Under the pieces are notes generated by a model that did not search any database, was not told the origin of the DNA, and saw nothing but the letters and a program-made list of their open reading frames with translations. The position numbers were made by a program, and so were the translations under genes. This document shows, piece after piece, positions 51,340-64,000 of a stretch of 64,000 nt of DNA. The stretch covers positions 49,228,001 through 49,292,000 of the forward strand of contig OZ024744.1 in NCBI GenBank assembly GCA_964016885.1, given 5' to 3'. Position 1 is the stretch's first letter. Each line of letters opens with the position of its first letter. Source of the DNA: Eledone cirrhosa. Its lineage: Eukaryota.

Positions 51340-53694
51340 ATAATAATAAATTTTAAGACTAAAATCCAAAGAGGGCTCGATAAGGATAAATATATATCAG
51401 ATATATAAGAACCGTAGAGCAAATATTTATTAAAATAAGAGATTAAAGTTTAAGCAAAGAATCGCTACTTTCACCCTTAACGGGATCTTCTGAAACTAAC
51501 AAAGTCAATCTGTAAACGCAGAAGTGAATATTTAAAAAAACGTTGCAACCGGAGGAAGACAGGAAGACGATACTTTGGTTCGTGAAAACGTTCCCTGGCA
51601 AAGAATGGGAAAAAACGAATATAATACGTCATTATTTGTTACGGCCCTTGCCATTCTGAGTTCAAATCCCGCCGAGGTTAACTTTGCCTTTCATCCTTAC
51701 GGGGTCGATAAAATAAAGTACCAGTAATGCACTGGGTATTTGCTGGCCTTGTGCCTAACGTAGAAACAATTATTTGGAGTGGATTGGCAGTGGATTGGCA
51801 GTATCGGTAGAGGGTCGGACGCCATGCTTTCCAGCATAGTTACGTCCCTTTACGATCTGAGTTCAAATCTCGCCGAGGTTGACTTTGCTTTCATCCTTAC
51901 GGGGTCGATAAAATAAAGTACCAGTAATGCACTGGGTAAGTGCTGGCCTTGTGCCTAACGTAGAAACAATTATTTGGAGTGGTGAAAAACAATTACGCTC
52001 AAAGACAGAACCACGTTTATGGTATAAAAGAAGTCGTAGACTAATATTCGATTAGGTGGTTCATAGAGACGTTCTCTGGAAATGAACGGTCGGAAAAAAC
52101 GAAAATAAACGTCATATGTGGAGCGTGGAGAACAATTGCACGCAAAGACAAAACCACGTAAACGGTATAACTGACGTTGTAGACTAAAATTCTAACTAGG
52201 AAACCGAATGATTCTCGGATTCAGAGTTAAGAATAAAGTAAATAAAATACAGAGGTAATTGAAATTAAATAAAGACATACACGCATCCATATACGTACAT
52301 ACACAAGCATACCCGAAAATACTCGCCATAGATATACAAATACACGCACATATATATATATGTGTGTGTGTGTGCATGTATACAAATAATTAAATAAACG
52401 TATATAAATAAATAAATACGTATATAACAAACGCACACACATACCTACATGTAAATACACATATGTTCGGAGACGTACGTCACTCAAAACACGAAGTACA
52501 CATATACACACACCCTACATACATACGAACCCGCATACTCACACAGACGCAAAACTCACGTATACACATAACCAAAAGCATATGTACCAGAATATATAAA
52601 ATATACACCACAACATATACAATCAAATATACGTACGAGAAGGTATACGTACCTTCACAAAACAAACAGGTAATATATACTTACCTATACAAATAAGTAA
52701 TGGTATAAACATAACATATACTTAGCTACCACATCAAGACGTAATATATCCGCGTATAGATCGTACTATCCGTTAGGGTATAATGTGGGACTGTAATACA
52801 GGAAAGTTTTGTGCAATTTATGTTTACAAGCCGAAATTGTCTCAGATCTTTTGTTTAAGATGTGGTCTTTGGCATAGAGTATTTCCAGGGCCTCAGCGGC
52901 GCAGAGGTCACATGGTCTTTTATTTCCGTTATACGATCTAGCTCTAGCTAGGATCTCCCAGTGTAACTTATATTGGTGTGGTTGTCTTTTCGACTCCAGA
53001 TATAAGCTGAAAGTGAAGTCATATTCCTTCTTAAAGGGTAACGAAAAGAATGGGTTTGCTTGTAAAGACGCTGCTTGAATCTATTAGTGGTTAACCCTAT
53101 GTAGGCCCTACGGGACGTGGGTGTTTCAACCTTACATTTGTAGACAATGTTACTAGAGAGGCATTTCCCGGATAGGGGGCAGTCAACCCGATTCCTACAA
53201 TCACAGTTAGTACTAACTACAGGGTTGCACGTGTTCCTACGTTTATGTAGTTTAGCCAAATTTGAAGCTGTGATGTTATGTGCAAGGTTAGGAGTCGTAG
53301 AGTAAGAAATTTTAATAGTATTTCTATTAAAAATGTTACTATATTTATGTGTAGGGGGAAAATGCTTCGTAATCAGGGAGAGAAAGATCTTAGCTAATGG
53401 TGTCGCCACCTCCATATTATATGGTGGGTTATACCATCTAACGCGTCGGGATCTATTTCTTCTAGGTCTATTCTCGTACTCTGTATATGCTACCTTATCG
53501 ACAAATCCACTCCGAGCAAGAGCTTCATTGTAATAAGTGGAATGGTCGTTGAAAATATGCTCGTTAGTAGATAGACGGGAAAGCCTCAACGAAACGTTTC
53601 TTACCAGGTTCTTGGTTATGCTGACAGGATGGTTAGAATGCTTACTTATGTAATTAAGCGTATCATTCGGCTTTCTATACGGGTAATACAAGCC
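51337..53694 (-). mobile_element. Inverted 3' copy of Naiad-like PLE (family C), interrupted by two SINEs
   Basis: Reverse complement of 55169-57620 plus 53705-53930; ORF 52948..53691 with CDC..CPLSGKC and IVY..YIG. Confidence 0.9.
51639..51982 (+). mobile_element. Two tandem tRNA-derived SINE copies
   Basis: Two B boxes GAGTTCAAATC and two SINE cores. Confidence 0.85.
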
Positions 53695-53699
53695 GAATT

Positions 53700-56600
53700 C
53701 GATGGTTGCAAGGTTTTTTTGAAATATTTACTTCTGCGTTCACAGATTGACTTTGTTAGTTTCAGAAGATCCCGTTAAGGGTGAAAGCAGCGATTCTTTG
53801 CTTAAACTTTAATCTGTTATTTTAATAAATATTTGCTCTACGGTTCTTATATATTTGATATCCTTATATATTCGATATCCTTATCGTGCCCTCTTTGGAT
53901 TTTAGTCTTCAAATTTATTATTATTACTATTTGGCTCCCTCGGTTGAGCACTCTATTGACTTATATTCATCATGCAGAAACAACATCTGAATATTTCTAC
54001 AAAGAACATACCCATACCAAGCAGGAAAACATACCTAAAACTCCTGATACAGAAAACAGACGTGTTCATTAAAAGGTTGCGTTGCCGTGCCTTTTATTTC
54101 GATAATCCGGGAAAAGCAGACAACGAACAGGATAAATTTGGGTTTAAAACCTATAATAACCCTCCGTGTAACCAGCATTGCTACCCTTCGAAAATGATGT
54201 CTTGGAACTCATACGGAGTATCAAATTTCGGAATAGGAGCAATTCCTTCCAGCAGGACCTGAAGAATAGAATTCGTTCTATTAAGGATTCTAATGCCGTG
54301 CACGTCCATTTCGACAAAACTGGCAGCCTATATCAAGTGGAGCGCAGTACTTACCATCAACTACTACACAATGCTGTAACTAAGGATTACCGTAAAACTA
54401 ATCGGTGCGTCATTAATGAAATCAACGATGCTGGGTTTAAAATCACCTCTGATCTCAACATCCTGGACCGGACCGAACCTCTGGACACTATTTCTCCTCA
54501 TTTTACCCTGAAGGATCACAAATCCAATTTTCCGAACAACCCCTCTATTCGACTTATTAACCCAACGAAGTCCGATTTAGGTAGACTTAGTAAAAGGATT
54601 CTTGATAGAATTATACCTGAAATTAGAAGTTTGGCCCCTCTTTCACTGTGGAACAATTCTTTCGCGGTGATTGATTGGTTCAACGGCATATGCAACAAGG
54701 AACATTGCCGTTTTATCCAATTCGACATCAATAATTACTACTCCTCCATCATTTTACCACTTCCTTAGAGCTATCAATTTCGCTAAAACACTCACAGTGG
54801 TTAAGGATTTCGAAGTTGATGTCATCCTCAATGCCCGTAAGTCGGTGATTAATTTCGACGACTCTATTTGGATTAACAAATCTAATAGTACCCCATTCGA
54901 CGTGAGTATGGGCGCCAGCGATTCTGCGGAGGTTACTGATCTTATCGGCCTGTTCCTTCTTTTCTCTATCAAGGACGAATTCCCCAACGTGGGCGGTGGT
55001 TTGTACAGTGATGATGGTCTTTTGACCATGACTAAGTGCGGCCCACGTGCTTGCGACAGGTTCAGAAAAGAACTCACAGCCTTCTTTAAAGGCGTTAACC
55101 TCTCTATACAGGTTGAGGCCAACCTCTCGGTCGTTAATTACCTCGACGTTACTCTCAATTTATCGAATGGCTTGTATTAACGGTATAGAAAGCCGATTGA
55201 TACGCTTAATTACATAAGTAAGTATTCTAACCATCCTGCCAGCATAACCAAGAACTTGGTAAGAAACGTTTCTTTGAGGCTTTCCCGTTTATCTATTAAC
55301 GAGCATATTTTCAACGACCATTCCACTTATTACAATGAAGCTCTTGTTCGGAGTGGATTTGTCGATAAGGTAGCATATAGAGAGCACGAGAATAGACCTA
55401 GAAGAAATAGATCCCGACGCATTATATGGTATAACCCACCATATAATATGGAGGTGGCCACACCATCAGCTAAGATCTTTCTCTCCCTTATTACGAAGCA
55501 TTTTACCCCTACACATAAACATAGTAAAATTTTTAATAGAAATACTATGAAAATTTCTTACTCTACGACTCCTAACCTTGCACATAACATCACATATTCA
55601 AATTTAACTAAACTACCTAGCCACAGGAACACGTGCAACCCTGTAGTTAGTACTAACTGTAATTGTAGGAATCGGGTGGACTGCCCCCTATCCGGGAAAT
55701 GCCTCTCTAGTAACATTGTCTACAAATGTAAGGTTGAAACACCCACGTCCCGTAGGATCTACATAGCGTTAACCGCCAATAGATTCAAGCAGCGTCTTTA
55801 CATGCAAACCCATTCTTTTCGTTACCCTTTAATAAGGAATACAACGTCAGTTTCAGCTTATATCTGGAGTCTAAAAGACAACCACACCCAATATAAATCC
55901 CGACGCATTATATGGTATAACCCACCATATAATATGGAGGTGACCACACCATTAGCTAAGATCTTTCTCTCCCTTATTACGAAGCATTTTCCCCCTACAC
56001 ATAAATATAGTAACATTTTTAATAGAAATACTATTAACATTTCTTACTCTACGATTCCTAACCTTGCACATAACATCACAGCTTCAAATTTAGCTAAACT
56101 ACCTAAACGTAGGAACACGTGCAACCCTGTAGTTAGTACTAACTGTGATTGTAGGAATCGGGTTGACTGCCCCCTATCCGGGAAATGCCTCTCTAGTAAC
56201 ATTGTCTACAAATGTAAGGTTGAAACACCCACGTCCCGTAGGGCCTACATAGGGTTAACCACTAATAGATTCAAGCAGCGTCTTTACATGCATACCCATT
56301 CTTTTCGTTACCCTTTCAGAAGGAATATGACGTCACTTTCAGCTTATATCTGGAGTCGAAAAGACAACCACACCCAATATAAGTTACACTGGGAGATCCT
56401 AGCTAGAGCTAGATCGTATAACGGACATAAAAGACCATGTGACCTCTGCGCCGCTAAGGCCTTGGAAATTCTCTACGCCAAAGACCACATCTTAAACAAA
56501 AAATCTGAGGCAATTTCGGCTTGTAAACATAAATTGCACAAAACTTTCCTGTATTACAGTCCCACATTATACCCTCACGGATAGTACGATCTATACGCAA

Positions 56601-56972
56601 ATATTTTACGTCTTGATGTGGTAGCTAAGTATATGTTATGTTTATACCATTACTTATTTGTATAGGTAAGTATATATTACCTGTATGTTTTGTAAAGGTA
56701 CGTATACTTTCTCGTACGTATATTTGATTGTATATGTTATGGTGTATATTTTATATATTCTGGTACATATGCTTTTGGTTATGTGTATACGTGAGTTTTG
56801 CGTCTGTGTGAGTATGCGAGTTCGTACGTATGTAGGGTGTGTGTATATGTGTACTTCGTGTTTTGGTTGACGTAGGTCTCCGAACATATGTGTATTTACA
56901 TGTAGGTATGTGTGCGTTTGTTATATACGTATTTATTTATTTATATACGTTTATTTAATTATTTGTATACAT

Positions 56973-57038
<66 letters not shown>

Positions 57039-57620
57039 GTGTGCGTGTATTTGTATACCTATGGCGAGTGTTTTCGCGTATGCTTGTGCATGTACGTATA
57101 TGGATGCGTGTATGTATTTATTTAATTTTAATTATCTCTGTATTTTATTTACTTTATTCTTAACTCTGAAGCCGAGAATCATTCGGTTTCCTAGTTAGAA
57201 TTTTAGTCTACGACTTCAGTTATACCATTTACGTTGTTTTGTCTTTGCGTGCAATTGTTCTCCACGCTCCACATATGACGTATTATCTTCGTTTTTTCCG
57301 TTCATTGCCAGAGAACGTCTCTATGAACCACCTAATAGAATATTAGTCTACGACTTCTTTTATACCATAAACGTGGTTTTGTCTTTGTGTGTAATTGTTT
57401 TTCACCGCTCCAAATAATGACTATTATATTCGTTTTTTTCCCGTTCTTTGCCAGGGAACGTTTCCACGAACCAAACTATCGTCTTCCTGTCTTCCTCCGG
57501 CTGCAACGTTTTTTGAAATATTCATTTCTGCGATCACAGATTGACTTTGTTAGTTTCAGAAGATCCCAGGGTGAAAGCAGCAATTCTTTGCTTAAACTTT
57601 AATCTGTTATTTTAATAAAA
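53700..57620 (+). mobile_element. Near full-length Penelope-like element, Naiad-like (family C), with frameshifts, a stop and a duplicated GIY-YIG module
   Basis: KNIPIPS, DKT, TLKDHK..F...RLINPTKS, FIQFDI..YY, FDVSMG..D.AEV..L.G, LYSDDGL, YLDVTL, WYNPPY, CNC..CP, IVY..YIG, CDLC, CKH; partial pLTR 53705-53830 repeats 57500-57620. Confidence 0.9.
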
Positions 57621-57622
57621 TA

Positions 57623-57704
<82 letters not shown>

Positions 57705-57721
57705 TTTCTGAATTTGGAAAG

Positions 57722-58566
57722 ACCAGATACCTCCATAAAAACACTTATTAGTAATACATACCATTTTCAAAGACCTCCATGTATAGATAAGAAATGCATA
57801 ATCTGTAAACTAAGCCCCCCCATATTAACTGCAAATCTAGAAACATAGTATATAGCATAAGATGTACTGAGGGACAATGTAAAGATAAGAATATAATGTA
57901 CATAGGTGAGACAGCTCGGAGCATAGGAAAACGATTCAATGAACACTGGCGAGATCTTCAAGATAGAAAAGACTCATCTATACTCTACCAACATGCTAAA
58001 CTAGAACATAAGGGTAAATTAGAGAACATAGAAATAAAAATAAAATCTACACACAGAAGAGACGCAATGTTTAGACAAATCACAGAGGCAATAAACATAA
58101 ATGAACCTCAACCAAAATTAAATAGAAAACATGAATGGAATAGCAACATCACAACTTACAATTAAAGACAAAATGAAAACACACACACATAGAACAAACA
58201 ACCAACCAGTAACATGTAAATAAACAAATAAATAAACAAATAAATAAACAAATAAAAACACACACAGACACTCGGATGTAACACATGCGCAAACCAAGCA
58301 CACAACACACACAAAAACAAGATGGCGTAGGACAGAACAAAGGAGAGGCACAAAACAAAGAAAATAATCCCCGGTCACTGATGAGGTCACAGAATCTGTG
58401 ACGAAAGAACTTTGACAATATATGAACAACCATCCGGTTGTGCAACCAACCAATCGGAAATTTATAAATTTTTATAAATTTATAAATTTAATTTATAATA
58501 AATTGGAGTGAAAGCAACTGGTGCATGTGCTTCTTACTGGCAACATGACCCTCCAAAAGTATAACA
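57722..58566 (+). mobile_element. 3' fragment of PLE family A (GIY-YIG + pLTR)
   Basis: ORF 57896..58165 YIGETARS..RFNEH..ITEA; closely matches 14308-15106. Confidence 0.88.
58374..58416 (+). ncRNA. Minimal type I hammerhead ribozyme motif (family A)
   Basis: GTCA-CTGATGA-G-GTCACAG/AAT/CTGTGAC-GAAA-GAAC-TT-TGAC; perfect stems I and II. Confidence 0.85.
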
Positions 58567-58666
58567 ATAATATATATATGTATATAAACCAACCAAACAG
58601 TGAGTGTGTTCTGTTATTATTTCTGGCAATATTATTACAAAAATATGACCCTCCCCAAGTATAACA

Positions 58667-58780
<114 letters not shown>

Positions 58781-58830
58781 ATACTTGGGGAGGGTCATAT
58801 TTTTGTAATAATATATATATATATATATAT

Positions 58831-59155
58831 ATTAAAATAACATATTAAAGTTCAAGCAAGAATCGTTGCTTTCACTCTTAACGGGATCTTCTTAAACTAA
58901 AAAAATCAATCTGCGGACGCAGAAGTAAATATTTCGAAAAACGTTGTAATGAATGGAAAAAAAGCGAGGATTATTACGTTGTTATGTGGGGCGTGAGAAC
59001 TATTTCACGCAAAGACAAAAAACCAAAACCACATTTATGGTATAAATGGAGTCATTAGCCGAATATTCTATTTAGGAAACCGAATGATTCTCAGCTTCGG
59101 AGTTAAGAATAATGTAAATAAATTTGAACGAAAATGACAGAGGTTATTAACATCG
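58831..59155 (-). mobile_element. Diverged 3' UTR fragment of PLE family C
   Basis: Resembles 51428-51545 and 52090-52260. Confidence 0.7.
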
Positions 59156-59166
59156 TAAAAGTAAGT

Positions 59167-59356
59167 AATTATTGTTTCTACTTTAGGCACAAGGCCAACA
59201 ATTATCCAGTACATTACTGGTACTTTATTTTATCGACCCCGTAAGGATGAAAGGCAAAGTTAACCTCGGCGGGATTTGAACTCAGACCATAAAGGGACGT
59301 AACTATGCTGGAAAGCATGGCGTCCGACCCTCTACCGATACTGCCAATTCACCGCC
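59167..59356 (-). mobile_element. tRNA-derived SINE copy
   Basis: Reverse complement of the SINE including A and B boxes. Confidence 0.85.
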
Positions 59357-59412
59357 CAATGGCAAGTAACAATAGTTAAGATTTAGGCCAGTACATATAC
59401 AATATATATATA

Positions 59413-61908
59413 TGTAGCGAAATCTGTCCGCGCATTGAACCTTGGGTGACACCTAAAGGCCAAATTCGAGGTCAACACCCTTATGGTGTAGACAGGTTGA
59501 TGTGTTGACTATCCCCTCAAGTTGGGAGACAGGACGTGACAGCTATATGTAGAGCCTGTATCATCCTACTTTAGGAGATACATCGGAGCATTACACCTAT
59601 AACAAACTATGTAAGGATTCACTTCTATCAATAGACCCCAGTGGTCTACAGCCAGAGACATCGGAGCATTACGCTAGCAACTAGCTATGTAAAGATTCAC
59701 TGCTATCAATAGACCCCATGAGGTCTACAGATACACACAGAGAGATTTGAGCCCTACTACTACAGACCATGTACAAGCCACAGTGGTCTACAACCAATCA
59801 CAGACCATTCAGAGGTATGCAAACCATTACTCTCTCTCACTCACTATGGTCTCAACTATTACCACGGACTCCAACAACAACAACAACATAATCTGTTCGC
59901 TCGCTGTGTTCACATCAAAAACAATAACAACATTAACAACTCTTGGTAACTGTTTTATATGTACTTTTTAACTGATTCACGTGAAGTAAACCATATATAA
60001 ACCAAATCATTTATTCTTTATATTCTCGTTATTACATTTATTATTATTATACTTGTTATTTCAACTATTAATCATGTTACCTCATCCAACATCTAACTAT
60101 TTCTTACTTATTCATACCTTTCGTTAAATTGGTAAACCCCGACATGATTTTAAAAAAAACAAAAAAAACGAAGTGGTATTTTAGGAAAAAAATTCAAATA
60201 ACACGCAGCCTATTTGATCTGATCATGGCCTTTATTTGCCAATCTCAGCAATATACAGTTACCAAACACTTTACTTGCTTCGTAACCTCCAACAACAACA
60301 ACAGGCAATTACTACTAGCTTCCTAACAAGAAAACCATCACATAGGGAAGAGAAAATCGAACTTTTTTTAAAGGAACAATTATAAAAATATATAAATTTT
60401 TTTGATTTTTTTTACAGGTTGTATATGAATGTCAATGTTATTTTTTTTATTCGTTTTACTGTATTATATGCCTGTATGAATAAGATGTTTTACATCAAAC
60501 ACATATCATTTTCCTTGTCACACACCAACATGCTTTTGTCTGTGGTGTATTCTGGATTCGGTTGGGTCTCTGAGGGATCACTTTTCAACTGGTCAAGGTA
60601 CGGCGAAAGCTATGAAACACATGATAATCAGCCAACGGTTACTTTTAGCTCGACTCACTGAGCACGCAACTCAAAATTTCACACACTCATGTGATAGCAT
60701 AAATCTCGACTCACGGGAAGAGAATCTTACGTATGATAATACATCGAGATTCAACTGGTCAAGGTTCGACAACAGCTATTTAACACATGATAATCAACCA
60801 TCGGCTACTTAATCGCTCAACTCACTGAGCACGCAACTCAAAATTGCACACACTCATGTCATAGCATAAACCTCGACTCACGGGAAGAGAATCTTACATA
60901 TGATGATACATCGAGAGAAATAGGCCTCTGTGTTGTCATATCGTAATCCGATACCGTAACCCATCCATCCATACACAACAGTTCGAAATATATGACCACA
61001 ACTTTGTATTTTTACAGTTCCTTCTAAATGCTACACACACACATGCATATACAGTTATACTATATATTTTTTTCTCTCTCCAAATTTATCTACACTCGAA
61101 GTGCGGGCGCAGTACCCACATTTTGTGTGTTTTGGGACACGCTTCTAGGAATCAGATTCCGCTACCCCTTTTATAATCGATCGCTGCTCCTGCATCGATC
61201 TGGGTAAGGAACTAATGTAGCGAAATCTGTCCGCACCTTGAACCTTGGGTGACACCTAAAGGCCAAATTCGAGGTCAACACCCTTATGGTGTAGACAGGT
61301 TGATGTGTTGACTATCCCCTCAAGTTGGGAGACAGGACGTGACAGCTATATGTAGAGCCTGTATCATCCTACTTTAGGAGATACATCGGAGCATTACACC
61401 TATAACAAACTATGTAAGGATTCACTTCTATCAATAGACCCCAGTGGTCTACAGTCAGAGACATCGGAGCATTACGCTAGCAACTAGCTATGTAAGGATT
61501 CACTGCTATCAATAGACCCCATGAGGTCTACAGATACACACAGAGAGATTTGAGCCCTACTACTACAGACCATGTACAAGCCACAGTGGTCTACAACCAA
61601 TCACAGACCATTCAGAGGTATGCAAACCATTACTCTCTCTCACTCACTATGGTCTCAACTATTACCACGGACTCCAACAACAACAACAACATAATCTGTT
61701 CGCTCGCTGTGTTCACATCAACAACAATAACAACATTAACAACTCTTGGTAACTGTTTTATATGTACTTTTTAACTGATTCACGTGAAGTAAACCATATA
61801 TAACCAAATCATTTATATTCTCGTTATTATTTTCATTCTTATTATTCGTGTTATAATCATTTCTAATAACCACATATAACTATAACAATTTCTTAATATA
61901 CCCTTCGT

Positions 61909-61912
<4 letters not shown>
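59413..61912 (+). mobile_element. Non-autonomous LTR retrotransposon: LTRs 59413-60128 and 61216-61912, PBS 60130-60148, PPT ~61202-61215, non-coding interior
   Basis: ~700-bp direct repeats starting TGTAGCGAA and ending TTCGTTAAA; TGGTAAACCCCGACATGAT resembles the tRNA-Trp PBS TGGTGACCCCGACGTGAT; purine-rich GGGTAAGGAACTAA before the 3' LTR; TATA on both flanks; internal ~167-bp tandem dimer at 60584-60917. Confidence 0.85.
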
Positions 61913-61963
<51 letters not shown>

Positions 61964-62351
61964 GCACACAACTATATACATACACGGGTATACGCGACAA
62001 CGCACGCCATTCATTTATATACATTCACATACGCATGAACTCGCGCACACGTACGTGTACCAGGCTCATATATACACATATACCAACGCACATACGAACG
62101 TATACGCCTAAATACATATACATATATGAGTGTATACATATAATTATATATACATATATAATTACACACACATATATACATACATATATATATACACACA
62201 CACACAATCCTACACATAAATACACATATGTTCAACACACGTACATATACCTATATACATACGTACACATATACACACATATACATACATACGTGCAAAC
62301 ACGCATACACACACATACATACACATATGCATGCATATATGTGTATATATA

Positions 62352-62427
62352 TAAATTTGCTCTAGGATTTTATATATTTTATATATATATTATCCTTATC
62401 GAGCCCTCTTGGGATGTTAGTCTTCAC

Positions 62428-62461
<34 letters not shown>

Positions 62462-64000
62462 TAAAATAACAGATTAAAGTTTAAGCAAAGAATCGCTGCT
62501 TTCACCCTTAACGGGATCTTCTGAAACTAACTAAGTCAATCTGTAAACGCAGAAGTGGATATTTCAAAAAACGTTGCAACCGGAGGAAGACAGGAAGACG
62601 ATACTTTGGTTCGTGGAAACGTTCCCTGGCAAAGAACGGGAAAAAACGATAATACGTCATTAATAGGAGCGGTGAAAAACAATTACAGGCAAAGACAAAA
62701 ACCACGTTTATGGTATAAAAGAAGTCGTAGACTAATGTTCTCTTAGGTGGTTCATAGAGACGTTTTCTGGCAATGAACGGAAAAAACGAAGATAATACGT
62801 CATATGTGGAGCGTGGAGAACAATTGCACGCAAAGACAAAACCACGAAAATGGTATAGCTGAAGTCGTAGAATAAAATTCTAACTAGGAGACCGAATGAT
62901 TCTCCGCTACGGAGTTAAGAATAAAGTAAATAAAATACAATACAGAGATAATAGAAATTAAATAAATACAAATACATAAACGCATCCATATACATACATA
63001 CACAAGCATACGCGAAAACACTTGCCATGGGTACACAAAACCACGCACATATAAATATGTGTGTGTGTGCGTGTATATAAATAAATAAATAAATAAATAA
63101 ACGTATATAAATAAATAAATACGTATATAACAAGCGCACACACATACCTACATGTAAATACACAAATGTTCGGATACGTACGTCAACCAAAACATGAAGT
63201 ACACATATACACACACCCTACATAGGAACAAACCTGCATACTCACACAGACGCAAAACTCACGTATACACATAACCAAACCATATGTACCAGAATATATA
63301 AAATTATACGCCATAACATATACAATCAAATATACGTACGAGAAATATATATACCTTCACAAAACATACAGGTAATATATACTTACCTATACAAATAAGT
63401 AATGGTATAAACATAACATATACTTAGCTACCACATCAAGACGTAAAATATCCACGTATAGATCGTACTATCCGTTAGGGTATAATGTGGGGCTGTAATA
63501 CAAGAAAGTTTTGTGCAATTTATGTTTACAAGCCAAAATTGCCTCAGATTTTTTGTTGAAGATGTGGTCTGTGGCGTAGAGTATTTCCAGGGCCTCAGCG
63601 GCGCAGAGGTCACATGGTCTTTTATTTCCGTTATACGAATTAGCCCTAGCTAGGATCTACAAGTGTAACTTATATTGGGTGTGGTTGTCTTTTAGACTCC
63701 AGATATAAGCTGAAAGTGACGTCATATTCCTTCTTAGAGGGTAACGAAAAGAATGGGTGTGCATGTAAAGACGCTGCTTGAATCTATTGGCGGTTAACCC
63801 TATGTAGGCCCTACGGGACGTGGGTGTTTCAACCTTACATTTGTAGACAATGTTACTAGAGAGGCATTTCCCGGATAGGGGGCAATCAACCCGCTTCCTA
63901 CAATTACAGTTAGTACTAACTACAGGGTTGCACGTGTTCCTACGGCTAGATAGTTTAGCTAAATTTGAAGCTGTGATGTTATGTGCAAGGTTAGGAGTCG
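62352..64000 (-). mobile_element. Third copy of PLE family C (3' UTR + GIY-YIG), continuing beyond the window
   Basis: Reverse complement of ~56055-57620 with subfamily differences. Confidence 0.9.

Noticed and set aside
55256-56584. Selenocysteine-encoding Naiad (UGA at conserved Cys positions)
   Set aside because: The conserved Cys positions here are TGT/TGC and the upstream in-frame stop at 55178-55180 is TAA; the decayed copy at ~26890 is too ambiguous to call
59747-61774. Duplicated 74-aa gene (59747..59971 and 61550..61774)
   Set aside because: Both lie within the LTRs, start at TTG and include a (CAA)n run; there is no coding evidence

Overview
This is an AT-rich, repeat-saturated eukaryotic window with no confidently identifiable host gene. 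An octopod cephalopod origin is inferred from the SINE type and the (TA)n/(CA)n density. It is a nested mosaic of (TA)n microsatellites and mobile elements: several RTE-clade LINEs (two with a PHD-like finger inside the RT), CR1-type, Tx1-type and R4/Dong-type LINE fragments, at least five Penelope-like element (PLE) lineages with GIY-YIG endonuclease, a decayed mariner, a Merlin DNA transposon with TIRs and a 9-bp TSD, an unclassified foldback TIR element, a non-autonomous LTR element and tRNA-derived SINEs. The most striking hidden layer is 12 minimal type I hammerhead ribozyme motifs with intact CUGANGA/GAAA cores from about 7 sequence families. Many lie in short non-coding retrozyme-like units next to (TA)n tracts, often as inverted or palindromic pairs whose breakpoints cluster at the ribozyme. 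Most ORFs in the supplied track ([12 protein letters not shown]) are microsatellite artefacts. All calls were made by eye, without database searches, and boundaries of decayed elements are approximate.
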